From: Anthoceros angustus
Taxonomy: Eukaryota > Plantae > Anthocerotophyta
DNA: 64,000 bases
NCBI GenBank assembly: GCA_010909165.1
Contig: MU008175.1
Coordinates: forward strand, 1,045,370 to 1,109,369
Reading direction: 5' to 3'
Position 1 is the first letter of the stretch; each line of letters begins with the position of its first letter. Below the pieces are notes generated by a model. The model saw only the letters and a list, made by a program, of their open reading frames with translations. It did not search any database and was not told where the DNA came from. The position numbers and the translations under genes were made by a program. Positions 1 to 12,300 of the stretch are shown one piece after another.

Positions 1-1411
1 CCATGTACCGAGCAGACTGATGGTGTCTTGCGTAGCCCCCTAAGATCCGTGACGAAGATGACCAAGTCCACCTGCTGTAGCTGCGAAAGCGGCTCTCACT
101 ATGAGTACAGTACTAGCAAGGACACTTAGCAACCGGGAGGCGAGACAAGTGGTAACACGGATCACCAAGTAATCCAACAATTGCACTGGGAGATTCCTGC
201 TCTGCTTCCCAGAAGGATACAAGTAGATTTTTGGCTGCTGCCCATGGCAATCATCAGCGACGCGGCGTCGGGGCCAACTGCCTGCTGCTCGGCTACATCC
301 CCAGCGGCCATCGCCATAATAAGAGTCTGCGGGTGTGAACGGGAAAGAGCTTGCGTCCTTGGACTGTAGCGGCCAGACGGCCTCGTGACGAGAGAGAGCA
401 CTCGTCACTTTGCCGCCGTATTCCCAGTGTGCTCCAAGAGAGGGTTCTCTCCCTACACCTTGTCGTCACCCGGCACTGTCGGCAGCACACCACCAGGTGT
501 CACCCCCATAGCCGGAGGTGTCTCTGTTGTTGCCCCCAGACTCCAACAACTGCCAACGGTACTGTAACGAACTGCGGCGAAGCAGCTTCTCTCACCAGAA
601 GCACTGGACGGTGGATACAGCCCCGCAGCCCACGACTCCAGAGTCCAGCAGGCCAGATGCTCCTGCCATCACCGCTCATCACCTCCCACTGTTGCCCCCA
701 GCATATGCCCTGGCCCGTGCGTCCCATCGCCACAGTTCCCATTCACAACATGTGCGCATATTCCCTCTCCATCACGGAACCCTCGCTCCTCGTCTTCTTT
801 CCCTTCCCTTTCCAGGCACCAAGAATGTGCTGAGCAAACTTCTCCCCACGAGAATCTCTGCCTCTGGCTGTTCCACCAAGGCCATGCCCGGCCCCCCGGG
901 ACGGCACCCCTCCATCCTCGGCTCTGCCACTGCCTCTGCCTGCTCCTGGGACTCGCACTCTTGCATCATTGCTTCCAGTAGTTGATCGGCTTCATGACAT
1001 TGACGACACCCAGCCTGCCCCCCAGTCTTGACACCGAGCCACTGCCGCCCTCCTTCTCCGCATCTTCCATCCACCATCCGGACTGACGGACCTCCCGGCT
1101 CCTTCATCCTTGCTTCATCACACCCTTCCTCCATCTGCATTGCGGCAACATACATTGCAATTTGGTAGCGTGCCCCACACGCTTTCTCTTCCATGGATTA
1201 TATGGCATTTGTTGTGCAACAACTGTATGCACATCCCGCCATGCGAGGCATCGCATCACGCCTCGATGGACCGACCCTGGTCCCTGGCATGCACGCAAGA
1301 GCCGCTTGCTGCGGCGAGCTGCACGCGGCCTTCCGCATAAGAGAAGGGAGACTAAGAAGCCCTAATTAGGGTTATGCAAGAACTAATACTCCGCAAGTCC
1401 CGACACAGTGT

Positions 1412-1450
1412 CCGAGCCCGAACCCGAGCCCGAACCCGCACCCGAACCCG
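1412..1450. repeat. CCGAAC/CCGAGC hexamer tandem repeat, about 6.5 copies
   Basis: Read directly in a GC-rich unassigned region. Confidence 0.9.
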
Positions 1451-2602
1451 GCAGCTTCGGGCCCGAGGTCGGGCGGTTTGCGGGGAAAGCCGTATCGTAC
1501 CAAAACCCGGCCACCTACCGGGCCACATGGACGGGCGGGCGACCGGTGAAACCGAATCCCGCGACCTCCCGAGGCGGGTGGTGTCGGTCGGGCACCGGCT
1601 GGGACGGTGACGCTGGGTGCCTGGGCTCCAGGGAGGGTAGGTGGCGGGTAGGTGGAACCGGCAGCCTTCGCCACCTCGGCCGCCTCGTCATGCCCGTCGC
1701 CAATCGCGGGCCGGGTCAATGCGATCAGGATGGGCCTGGACCCGGGGCTGCCCAGGTTCGGCCGCCCGGAGCGCGCGAACCAGGCTCGCTGGCTGCTCTG
1801 CTGGCTCGCCTCTCTCTTCACTCCTCTCGCTTCGAGTCTATGTATAGAGCAGAAGGAGGCCCCCGGACGTGAGTGCCCAACTTCCGGCTTCACAGCTCCC
1901 GGCCGACCAGGCATCAAACGCAGCACGCTGTAGCGCTCCTGGTGCGCCAGTCTGTCCTTCCTTCCTCCAAAAATTGGGAGCTGGCTCAACGTCTTTCTGC
2001 ATCTGCGGAATCTCGCGGGCGTTTGAAGCTGGTGGATTTCGCTACTCGAATTGGTTTGGTATGCACGGGAGCGTTCTGTTTCCATCCACAATTTCTGTTT
2101 GTGTGGGCTGTTTGCGGGACAAAATCTCTGTTTCTGTGGGCTGTTTGCGGGACTGCGGAGCTGTGCTTTGCATGGACTCGTGTGGGTTTCCTTTTGGGCA
2201 GCTTCCTTTTGCAACCGCGTGTGGTGTAGTTTCCTTGTGCGGCAGCGTTCTGCTCTCCTTTTGCGACATGCAACTCCTACTCCTCAAGTTATTTTTAGCT
2301 CGGGGTCGTATTTCGCGGTTGTATTGTGTTCGCTCCCCCGTTGTGGGTGCATGGCCTTGCAATCTGGCACTCCTCTGCTGCGCCTGTCTTGGCCGGATGA
2401 GGTCGGGCTTGTGGAACATGTGTGTAGCTGGTGGTGGTTTTATGGAGAGATTTGTGATTCGTGGTTGAATTAGGTGCGCGCGCGTCTCGGCTTGTGTGCT
2501 GGCAGCTGAGCTGACTGTGGCGTTGTTGGCAGCGGTTTGTGTAGGTTTACGGTCCGCAATTCTTTCGGAGTGTGGAGCGGGATCGAGTGAGCAGCGGATA
2601 CG

Positions 2603-4374
2603 ATGATGAACCGGAGCATTGCTGGCATGGCTACGGATCACAGGGCAGTGGGACTCGGCGGGTCCTCCTTAATGCAGGTTGGATCTTCGTCCTGGCAGTG
2701 CTGCAGATGCGGGGCTGAGGCAACCTCTACCTCCTCTTATTCGATGGCTACACCGAGGCTGAGGTCGGCTTTCAAAAGCAGCCTGACAACTTCCTTCAGA
2801 GGGTCCTCCCATTTGGCTTTCAGTCCTTTTATGTCCGGCAAGTCCCTCAAGCCCCTCCGAAGACTCCTGGGTGAACGAAAGCGGGGTGCAGGTTTCTTGT
2901 ACGTGGAAGCCAAGGCTTACGATGCTAGCACATCAGATGCTTTCCGGCCTACAGGAGTTCCCGCTAGGGACGAACAGGAAGCACCTAGAGCGACTACCCA
3001 GAGGCTCAAGATTGGCCTGTATTTTGGTTTATGGTGGTCACTGAATGTCGTGTTTAACATCTACAACAAGAAAGTCCTGAACATCTTTCCCTATCCATGG
3101 TTGACGTCCACCCTTTCACTTGCTGCGGGGTCCGTGATTATGCTTGCTTCTTGGGCTTTAAGGATTGTGGAAGTTCCTGATGTCGATATCAACTTTTGGA
3201 AGGCCCTTGCTCCGGTAAGCATCTCACCTTCTGTCCTTAGAAGGCTTATGGCCTGAACCTGTGCAGTTCTGAGATGGCGATAAGGAAAAGCATGTTCAAG
3301 TGGCAACCGGCTTGGGGAATGTCCTTAGGTTCTTATGCAGGATGCTTGGATGAAGCTTAACAAACTGTTGATCAATAGCCCATTCTGTCTCTCAAGAGTC
3401 AATCTTTTTGATGTTGCTGCAGGTGGCGCTTGCTCATACAATCGGCCACGTTGCAGCTACTGTAAGTATGTCTAAGGTGGCCGTATCGTTCACGCACATC
3501 ATCAAAAGCGCAGAGCCTGCTTTCAGTGTTTTGATTCAGCGGTTTTTCTTGGGAGAAACCTTCCCCACACCTGTATACTTGTCGCTCCTGCCAATTGTTG
3601 GAGGGTGTTGTCTGGCAGCCGCAACCGAACTCAACTTCAACATGACAGGTACTGCGTACAAGTTTATTTTGAAGCCACCGTTCTTTCAGATTGTGGGTAA
3701 GGGAGACTAACTTCAAGGTGGTGGATCTTGCAGGGTTTATGGGTGCAATGATTTCTAATATTGCTTTTGTAGCCCGCAACATTGCCTCCAAGAAAGGAAT
3801 GAAAGGGAAGGCTGTGGGAGGAATGAACTACTATGCATGTCTGTGTATGCTGTCACTGGCATTCTTAACACCTTTTGCGTTTGCGATGGAAGGCCCTAAG
3901 CTTTGGGCAACAGGGTGGCAGTCTGCTATTCAATCAGTTGGTCACCAATTTATGTGGTATGTCACATGTTTCGTTCTGTATGTTTTTTTTGTGGTATGTC
4001 ACATGTCTCGTTCTGGATGTTGTTTTGTGGTATGCCACGTTCTGTATGGTTTTTGGCGGTATGGTTCTGCATGTTTCTGATGCTGTGGATCGTGTGAAAT
4101 GATAGATTGGCTGCTCGATTCGCTGACGTTGCTTTAAACGTGATGCAGGTGGGTGGCTGCTCAGAGTGTGTTCTATCATTTGTACAACCAAGTATCTTAC
4201 ATGTCGCTCAATGAGATTTCACCACTTACCTTCAGCATCGGCAATACCATGAAGCGAGTGACTGTCATCGTGGCATCTATTATAGTGTTCCACACAGCCG
4301 TGCGACCGGTCAATGCAGTGGGTGCTGCTATTGCAATTCTTGGAACTTTCCTTTATTCCCAGGCACAGCGATAA
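2603..4374 (+). CDS. GPT: Plastid glucose-6-phosphate/phosphate translocator; exons 2603-3214, 3423-3648, 3734-3956, 4149-4374
   Basis: Spliced translation gives KIGLYFGLWWSLNVVFNIYNKK...KALAP|VALAHTIGHVAATVSMSKVAVSFTHIIKSAEPAFS...W|WVAAQSVFYHLYNQVSYMSL...FLYSQA. These are TPT/GPT family signatures; the N-terminus is Ser/Arg-rich and transit-peptide-like; all introns are GT-AG. Confidence 0.95.
3952..4075. repeat. Degenerate ~36-bp tandem repeat at the start of GPT intron 3
   Basis: GTGGTATGTCACATGT.CGTTCTG.ATGTT recurs near 3954, 3991 and 4028, and partially near 4057. Confidence 0.85.
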
Positions 4375-5162
4375 GTTTCCACTCCATCTTGGTGGCTTGG
4401 GAAGTGGTCAGTGCAGTGTCAAGACGTTATCGATAAGATGGGTTACAGCCGAGACCAAGCTTTTGCTTGGACAATTTTGTTTGATGAAAGCGGCATTTGT
4501 TTCGGCCAAACGTTCGAACATTTTAAATGACAGGGTTTTCATTATTGACTTACCAATTTTTCTGGCCAGATACAGTAAGTGATCTAACGGCCTGTAGTAC
4601 TCAGTCCACCTCGTAATAAGGGAATCCAGATTACCTGGAATCGGTAAAGAGGCTTAGAGATAGAGATAGCGTGGTGGCAGTTGTAGATAGCAATAGGCTG
4701 GTACACTACAGTTAAGTAGAGTGGATGGACTCTGTGTGGTTGGTAGTAACAATGTTGCTGACTGCCTTGCACAGCTTTTAAACTTCCATCGCCGAAGATT
4801 GGTCTCTTTTCAGTATTATCATTCTAAAACTGCCATCGCCGAACAGTATCAACTGTATATCCGATTGTCCTTTGCATATTCCTAAAACGTTGGGCCCCGA
4901 AGAGGAAATTTGACCCCGTTACTGCGTTCGGTATCGACTATGTAGGTGATTCCTCTCTCCTTTCAGTATCAACTGTGTATGCATACGCGGTTTCTGCTTT
5001 GCCAAATCCTAAAATGTTCCTCGCCGAAGAAGAATGTGACTCCACTCCCCCCACTACCTACTTTCAGTATCAAAGTGTATAGGTGGTACAGGAATTTGTC
5101 TCCCTCACTAGTTTCACTATCGACTGACTAATGTCACTGTCGACTGTGAAGGTGGTACAATT

Positions 5163-6170
5163 TCAACTGCTGCTTTGCACGATCGTGAAACTTTGGTCAC
5201 CGAAGAGTAATTTGTACTCCCGCGCTCCCTTCGCCGTTTTCTTCCTTACCTCATAGAGAGCAGCCAACAAGTCGCAGACCCAGCCAGCGACAGCTCCTAT
5301 GATAAGGTCAATCGTATAGTGGCCTCGACTTCCAAGCATGCGTATGCATTGCAGGAAATTAAGGGCGTGGACGATGGTTGCTAAACGCCGCCGTTTCATC
5401 CTCTTCAGATCCAATGACACGATTACAGCTCCGGCAACGTGACCTGAGAAGAAGAAAAAGAAGGAAACACTTCCCACTGGGAAGTCCACTGCCGATGCAA
5501 TGAATTCCTGCCGGACAGACAACTCGCCTTTACCAAACAAACTCATTTTGAACTAGGCAACATTAACCCAACCGAAATTAGGCGCAGGGAGGCTTACCTT
5601 AGGAACTGGTAAGCGCGTAGTGGACCCCAGGATGCCTCGACTGGTGTAGAGCAAAAGGCAGGCTATGCATGCTCGTCGTCTTCCCTCCAAGACAAATGTA
5701 GATGCGATGTAGCCGACTTGGAAAAGAACGAACAGCTGCAACCGCATACCAGCATGTTAGCACAATGCATACTCGACTCCGCTTCTACCACTTGGTGCAG
5801 CAGCTGAAAGGAAGCTGAGAGAAGAAAATTACGAACGCCGAACCGTGTTGAGAGCAGCGAGGAAATGGTGCAAAGCGAGGTGGTCGTTCAGGAAACGATA
5901 GACAGGCGCAGTGAACACAAATCCCAGGTCAAGAGGCTCATGACCAGGCTTCACCATGGGCAAGCCGTACTCCACTTTCATGAACAAGACGAAATTGAAG
6001 CTGAGCAGAACCAGGAGCGGATGATCCCGCAGTGCCTGGACAGCGCTCCGCACAGTCCAGTGCCTGCATGCCCATCCGAGTGGAATAACTTGCAATTTGG
6101 TATCCGGCTCCATGTTTTTCCCTTGTAGATCTAGGTCTCTGTGCATTGAGGATGACAAGGAAGCCGTCAT
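5163..6170 (-). CDS. ROD1: Phosphatidylcholine:diacylglycerol cholinephosphotransferase; exons 6170-5844, 5735-5598, 5507-5163
   Basis: Motifs PLDLGF, LAALNT|LFVLFQ, RLPVPK|EFIASAVDFPVGSVSFFFFFSGHVAG and GSRGHYTIDL match the PDCT family (catalytic SGH and HYT motifs). GT-AG junctions are in phase. Confidence 0.93.
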
Positions 6171-6920
6171 TCTGCTTGCAAAAGTGCTATCTGTTTCAAC
6201 CAGATAGACAACTGGTCACAGCAAGCGCCGCGCTCCGAAGGTACTCAGCCGATGGACAGCTCTAGCCGTCTCTGGGATCCTTCGAATCTCACAGCCTACA
6301 TGCTCCTAAGGACCTCGTTTGCAACGCGTACGGCTTTCCACAACCATGCATTCGAGCCATCGACCCGAGACATAGGATCTACAAAATCTTGGACGAGATA
6401 AGTGGCCTGTAGGAACCCCGGACGCGCGGGCACAAACCCGAGAGTAACGACTGCACGACTGTACGGACCGTGAGAACAGACGGGAGACGTCGGTCCATGC
6501 GCAAAACCAGTGAGTGAGTGGACAGGACATCACATGCACGCTCTCCTAAACTCGAAGGCGAGGCCCGGCCCCGCCCCGATGCCATGCAGCTTCACCGACT
6601 CGTCTCAATAACCGAGCTACCATACTCGGAGGCCGGAGCCACCTCATCACTCTCCTTCGTTCAGGACGCAAACCTTTCTACATATGTACGCAACTTGAAT
6701 GCAGCTTTCTCAACGATGCGATGCTGGGGCAGCTGGGCGGACTCCAATCCATGGATGTGCTGATTGGTGGGTCCCCAGAAGAAGGGACAGCTACTCCTCC
6801 CCATTGGAAAGTTTCTCGTGTTAAGGGCTTTCTCACGTTGGAGGAGGAGGGGCTATGTATGTGGTGTGCCGGTTGATGGTTGACGAGGTTTATCTACATA
6901 TGACAAGTCAGAAGATGGTG

Positions 6921-9130
6921 CTAGAATTGTATGTGCCCGTCCTTCTCAAGGAGTAGGCCCACTTTGTCCAGCAGGGCATAGAGCTCTTTGCACTCTGCGT
7001 GGTGGCAGTCACCAACCAAGAAGCTATGCACTTCCTGCTCATGCTCGATCCAGCTCTGGCCAGGCTTCTTCCATGCGGAATCCTTTTGTCTCAATGCCTG
7101 TACCTCAAGGGCACTGTCCAGAAGGCCAGCATCTGCATAGATGTGCGACATCACGACATATGGGGCAGCATTAGTCGGCTGTAGATGCACTGCACTTTCG
7201 AAAGCCCTCTCTCCTAGAACAACGTTGCCGTGCTTCCGACAGGCACCCAGCAAACACAGCCACAAGGCCAGGTCAGGCTCTACTGGCATTGCTGACAACA
7301 GATCTTCTACCATTGTGAAACATCCTGCACGCCCAAACAGGTCCACCATGCTCACGTAGTGCTCCAGAGCTGGAGTCAACCCATAATCTCTGCTCATAGA
7401 CTTGAAATACTCAATACCTTTGTCGATAAGGCCGGCATGACTGCATGCTGATAGAAGTGACAGGAACGTCACATCATCCGGCTGGATGCCGGTCTGCTGC
7501 ATTCTCTCATAGCAGTGCAGGGCTTCTTGACCAAGCCCGTGGTGAGCATATCCGGCAATCATAGTGGTCCAAGTCACCGCATCTTTTGAAGGCAGTCTGT
7601 CAAATACTCTGTTGGCATCTTCTAAGCTCCCACATTTGGCATACATGTCCACCAAGCTGCTTCCGACGACCGCAAGGGCTTCCAATCCTTCATCCTGAAT
7701 TTTGGAATGCAGATGCTTCCCCTGATGCAGAGCTCCAATGCTGGAACATGCCTTCAGCAGGCACACAAATGTGACATAATCCGCCACGGGCATCCCTTCT
7801 TGTTGCATTTGCACATAAAGAGACAGGGATTCTTGAGGCAGCCCATTCTGTGCATATGCTGAAAGCATCGCATTCCATGTCACTACATCTTTTGACGGCA
7901 AACAGTCAAACACTTTGCGGGCATCCTCAAGTTTGCCACATTTTGCATACATGTCGACAAGGCTGCTGCCTACCACCGGACTATCTTCAAATCCTCGTTC
8001 CCGTACATGGGAGTGGAGCTCCTTGCCCTCATCTAAAGCTCCAACACTCGCGCATGCTTTTAACAGGCAAGCAAACATGACATCATCAGCTGGACTGATG
8101 CTTTCCTGCTGCATTCTTGCATAAAGAGCAAGGGATTCTTGTCCAAGCCCACGCTGGGCATAGCTCGAAATCATGGCAGTCCATGTCATACCATCCTTTG
8201 CAGCTAAACCATCAAACACCGTTCGAGCATCCTCCAATCTCCCACATTTGGCGTACATGTTGACTAGGCAGTTCCCAACAAATTTATTAGGCTCAACTCC
8301 ACTCTGCAAAAGATCAGCATGAACCTGCTTGCCTGCTGCCAAATCTGCGGCACTTGTACACGCTTTCAGCACTGCCACGGCCATATAGCTGTCCAGCTTG
8401 ACATTCGACTTTCTCATCTGCTTATATAGCCTTATGGCGTGCAAAGGCTGCCCATGTTCGGTGTGTGCCAATATGATGGACACCCACATGTAACCACTAG
8501 GTGCAGCCGTCTGCATAAACACCTGCATTGCTTCTTGCAACCTCCCATGAGAAGCATACATGCGGATGATATAGTTGGCCAAGAATGTGTTTGCCTCAAA
8601 CCCACTTTTTGCAAGCAGAGAATGAACACGCGTCCCAAGAACCAAATCCTTCTGTGCGATGCAGCCCTTAAGCACGTGAAAGAAGAGGGGTGCGGAAATC
8701 GCACACCGTTGCTCGACAAGGCAGTCCAATGCTTCGATAGCCTCATAGAGCTGTCCTTTGCATAATCTCCTCCACGCTTCAGCCTCAGGTTCTGCGTCAC
8801 GTCCAGCTCCAGTGTCGATTGCAGCCTGGTGGGATGCTTTCGTACCCCTGGCAGATCGCAGTGTTCCATCTTGTGACAGATGCCCCGAGGGGTCCCCCGC
8901 GATACGTTGCTTGCCTTCCGGATTACCCTGCCATGTTGAAGAGATTGATGCTCAGATCTGCAGTAGTGACAGATGAAACAGATCGCAGGACATGAAATCA
9001 CCTCATTCCACCTTCTGTCCCAACGGCTTCTTGTGGGCCTAGTTACCTGCTCAGCTGCGCCCCGCACTGACGACAGGCGCCTGCACCCAGTCAAGAACGA
9101 CACGAGCCAATGGGTGCCACCTTTTCTCAT
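6921..9130 (-). CDS. PLS-class PPR protein with E1-E2-E+ end, no DYW (PPR-A); proposed exons 9130-9047 and 8927-6921
   Basis: Three VDMYAKCG-type S motifs within P-L-S triplets, E1 (PTNAAPYVVMSHIY), PG box (KKPGQSWIE) and an E+ tail. The frame is open upstream to a CAG acceptor at 8928-8930. Leader exon MRKGGTHWLVSFLTGCRRLSS ends at the donor CAG|GTAACT. The 5' model is less certain than the body. Confidence 0.9.
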
Positions 9131-9391
9131 TGGCCTTGCGGTTCTGCCATCGCCGGCTGATCACGCTGAACCACAGCACAAGTCTTGCCAAAGCAAGCGC
9201 AAATAAAATCGCAGAGTTTCGACATGAAAGGACGACTGCATGAATCCTCAGTTGCAGCTCTGATGCGTCTATCCTCCTTTCCATCTTCACTTGCACAAAA
9301 GTTTTGACTGTTCGCATGGCTGAGGTCCACTTTGATACGGGTGACGAATCCGAGAGTGCGATCACATGGAGCTGGCGAGAGTGCATCACAC

Positions 9392-12300
9392 ATGAGGAAG
9401 GGTTGTCTGGGGGAGTATGTGGTTTTGGGTGGGAGCGTCTGCAGAAGGCTATCATCGTTGCAGCTCGCGGTGGAGCGTCACATACCCTCAACGAGCCCTG
9501 TGGAGCCCAATGCAGGGCAGGCTCGGTGGGAACAGTTTCTGGCAGATCGTTCACACGGGTGGGAGGACCGGTGGAAGAACAAGGTAATTCACGTCAGTAA
9601 TTTTGAGTCTTCCAATTGCCTCTGTGGTCATGGGTGATGTGCTTATGACATCATTGCAGACAACTCAGGCCTACTGTTATTTGAAGAACGACGAGGATGT
9701 GTGTGAAGGTAGACCTGACATCTACTGTGGGCCTAAGGATGAGGATGTTGGGCGGTGCAGACCACAGCCAGTCAGGTGAGCTGGCTTCTCTTTTTTGCTT
9801 GTCCTTCTACTTTGATGAGACTGGGCGGCATCGGGTGTCCAGACACGTTATACTGCACCTGCGTGGAATGGCACACCCAAGCAGTTGCTGTTTTGACAGT
9901 CCTCTCAACCTTGAAGGGTGTCAGACTATTCGGCTAATTCCGAGATTGGAACTTGGAGAAAATTCGTTCGAGAGGGTCAGCTCGTCAAGGCTATTGCAGC
10001 ATTGGACTTCCTGGTCGAGAGAGGTTCTTACGTGTCAGCATCGTTGTTCCACCGACTACTCAGACGATGCACTGCACGTAAGGATCTGGTTCTTGGAAGG
10101 GGTGTTCACGATCTTGCTTTTAAGAGTGGGTATGGGTCTTCTGCATTCTTGGCCAATCACATCATCCGCATGTACGCATCCCTTGGAAAGCTGCTGGAGG
10201 CAACACAGGCATTTGCAGAAGTAGCTGTACCAGACACGTTCATGTGGGTCTCCCTTATTTCAGCACACACTGAACACGGTCGCTCCAGGCAGGCTCTACA
10301 CCTGTACAGACAGATGCGAGAAGCAAGTGTTAATGCAGATAACCACGTGTTTATGGCAGTCCTCAATGCATGCGCTAGTGCTGCAGATTTGGCATCGGGC
10401 AAGCAGGTCCATGCAGATATTCTGCGGTCTGCAATTGAGCCCGACGTATCTGTTGGCAACTGCTTGGTGGACATGTATGCAAAGTGTGGCAGCCTGGAGG
10501 ATGCTCACAGGGTCTTTGACAGTTTGTCCTCCAAAGATGTGGTGACTTGGACTACTATGATCTCCGCATTTTGTCAGCAGGGGCTTGCACAAGAATCCCT
10601 CAATCTTTACGCAACCATGCAAGAGGGCATCATTCCAGCTAATCGTGTTACATTTGTGTGCCTACTAAAAGCATGTGCCGGAATAAGAGCTTTACATGAG
10701 GGTAGACGGCTTCATTTTGAGATTATAGACAGAGGTCTAGAAGTTGATCCACTCGTGGGCAGCAGCCTGGTTGATATGTATGCAAAATGTGGCAGCCTGG
10801 ATTATGCTCGTACAGTCTTTGACAGGTTGCCGACGAAAGATGTTGTCACATGGACTACTATGATTGTCGGATATGTGGAGCACGGCTTTGGTCGAGAGTC
10901 GCTTATCCTATATGCTGTCATGCAGCAAGAGGGCGTCATCACAGCTGACTGTGTTATGTATTGCTGCCTTTTGAAAGCATGTGCTAGCATTGGGGCCCTA
11001 CATGAGGGTAAGAAGATTCATGCCCAAATGCAGGAAAGTGGTCTGGACGTTGACGTGGTTATGGGTAATTGCCTGGTTGATATGTATGCAAAATGTGGCA
11101 GCTTGGAGGATGCTCGCATAGTGTTTGACAGTTTGACCACAAAAGATGTGGTTTTATGGACCACTATGATTTCCACTTACTGTCAGCATGGACTTGGTGT
11201 AGAATCTCTCCATCTTTATAGAAGGATGCAGCAGGAAGGCATCTGCCCTGCAGATAACATCACATTTTCCTGCCTTTTAAAAGCGTGTGCTAGCATTGGA
11301 GCTTTACATGAGGGAATGGAGCTTCATTCCCAGATAGAGAAACGAGGTCTGGAAGCTGACATTGTCATTGGCAACGCTCTTGTGGATATGTATGGGAAAT
11401 GTGGGAGCATTGGCAAGGCTCGCCAAGTATTTGATAATCTACCTTCAAAAGATGTTGTGACGTGGAATTCAATGCTTGTGGGATACGCTGAGCACGGGTT
11501 TGCCCAAGAATCCCTCTCTCTCCATGCAAGTATGCAGCAAGAGGGCATCACTTGTGCTGACAGTGTTACTTTTATGTCTCTCCTGAAAGCATGTGGCAGC
11601 ATTGGAGCTCTACATCAAGGGAAGAATATTCATTCTCAGATTCAGGTTCAAGGGCTGGGAATAGATCCGGCTGTTGGCAGCAGCTTGGTGGACATGTATG
11701 CAAACTGTGGGAGCTTAGAGGATGCCCGCACAGTATTTGATCAATTGCCTCGAAAAGATGTGGTGACCTGGACTGCCATGATTGCTGGGTACGCTCAGCA
11801 AGGGCTTGGTCATGAATCACTTTATCTGTATGCAGAAATGCAGAAGGAGGGTATAACTTCAGCTGATCATGTGACATTTGCCGCCCTTTTGAAGGCTTGT
11901 GCTAGTGTTGCAGCACTAAACAAGGGAAAGCAGCTTCATTCCCACATCCAGGACCTAGGATTACTGCCTAATCTGGTTATAGGCAACTGCCTGGTGGACA
12001 TGTATGTAAAATGTGGGAGCATAGAGGAGGCTCGTCAAGCATTTGACAGATTGCACACAAGAGATGTGGTGACATGGACTTCACTAATATCTGGTTATGC
12101 TCAGTGTGGTTTTGGTGAAGTAGCCCTTACTCTATATGCAAAGATGCAAGAGGAGGGTCTAATTCCAGCAGACCACGTTACATTTGCCTGCCTTTTGAAA
12201 GCATGTGCTAGCAGTGGGGCATTGCACCAGGGAAGGCAGCTTCATTCCCAAATTCAGGACCTAGGATGGCAAGCTGATGTCGTCCTCAGCAATGGCCTGC

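Noticed and set aside
1372-2641. Several overlapping 150-280 aa ORFs on both strands
   Set aside because: High GC content and short repeats explain the open frames; there are no recognisable motifs, and part of the region is the GPT 5' flank.
8432-9130. 232-aa ORF from the PPR-A ATG
   Set aside because: It is the intron-retained read-through in a shifted frame over the PPR; only its first 28 codons are used in the proposed model.
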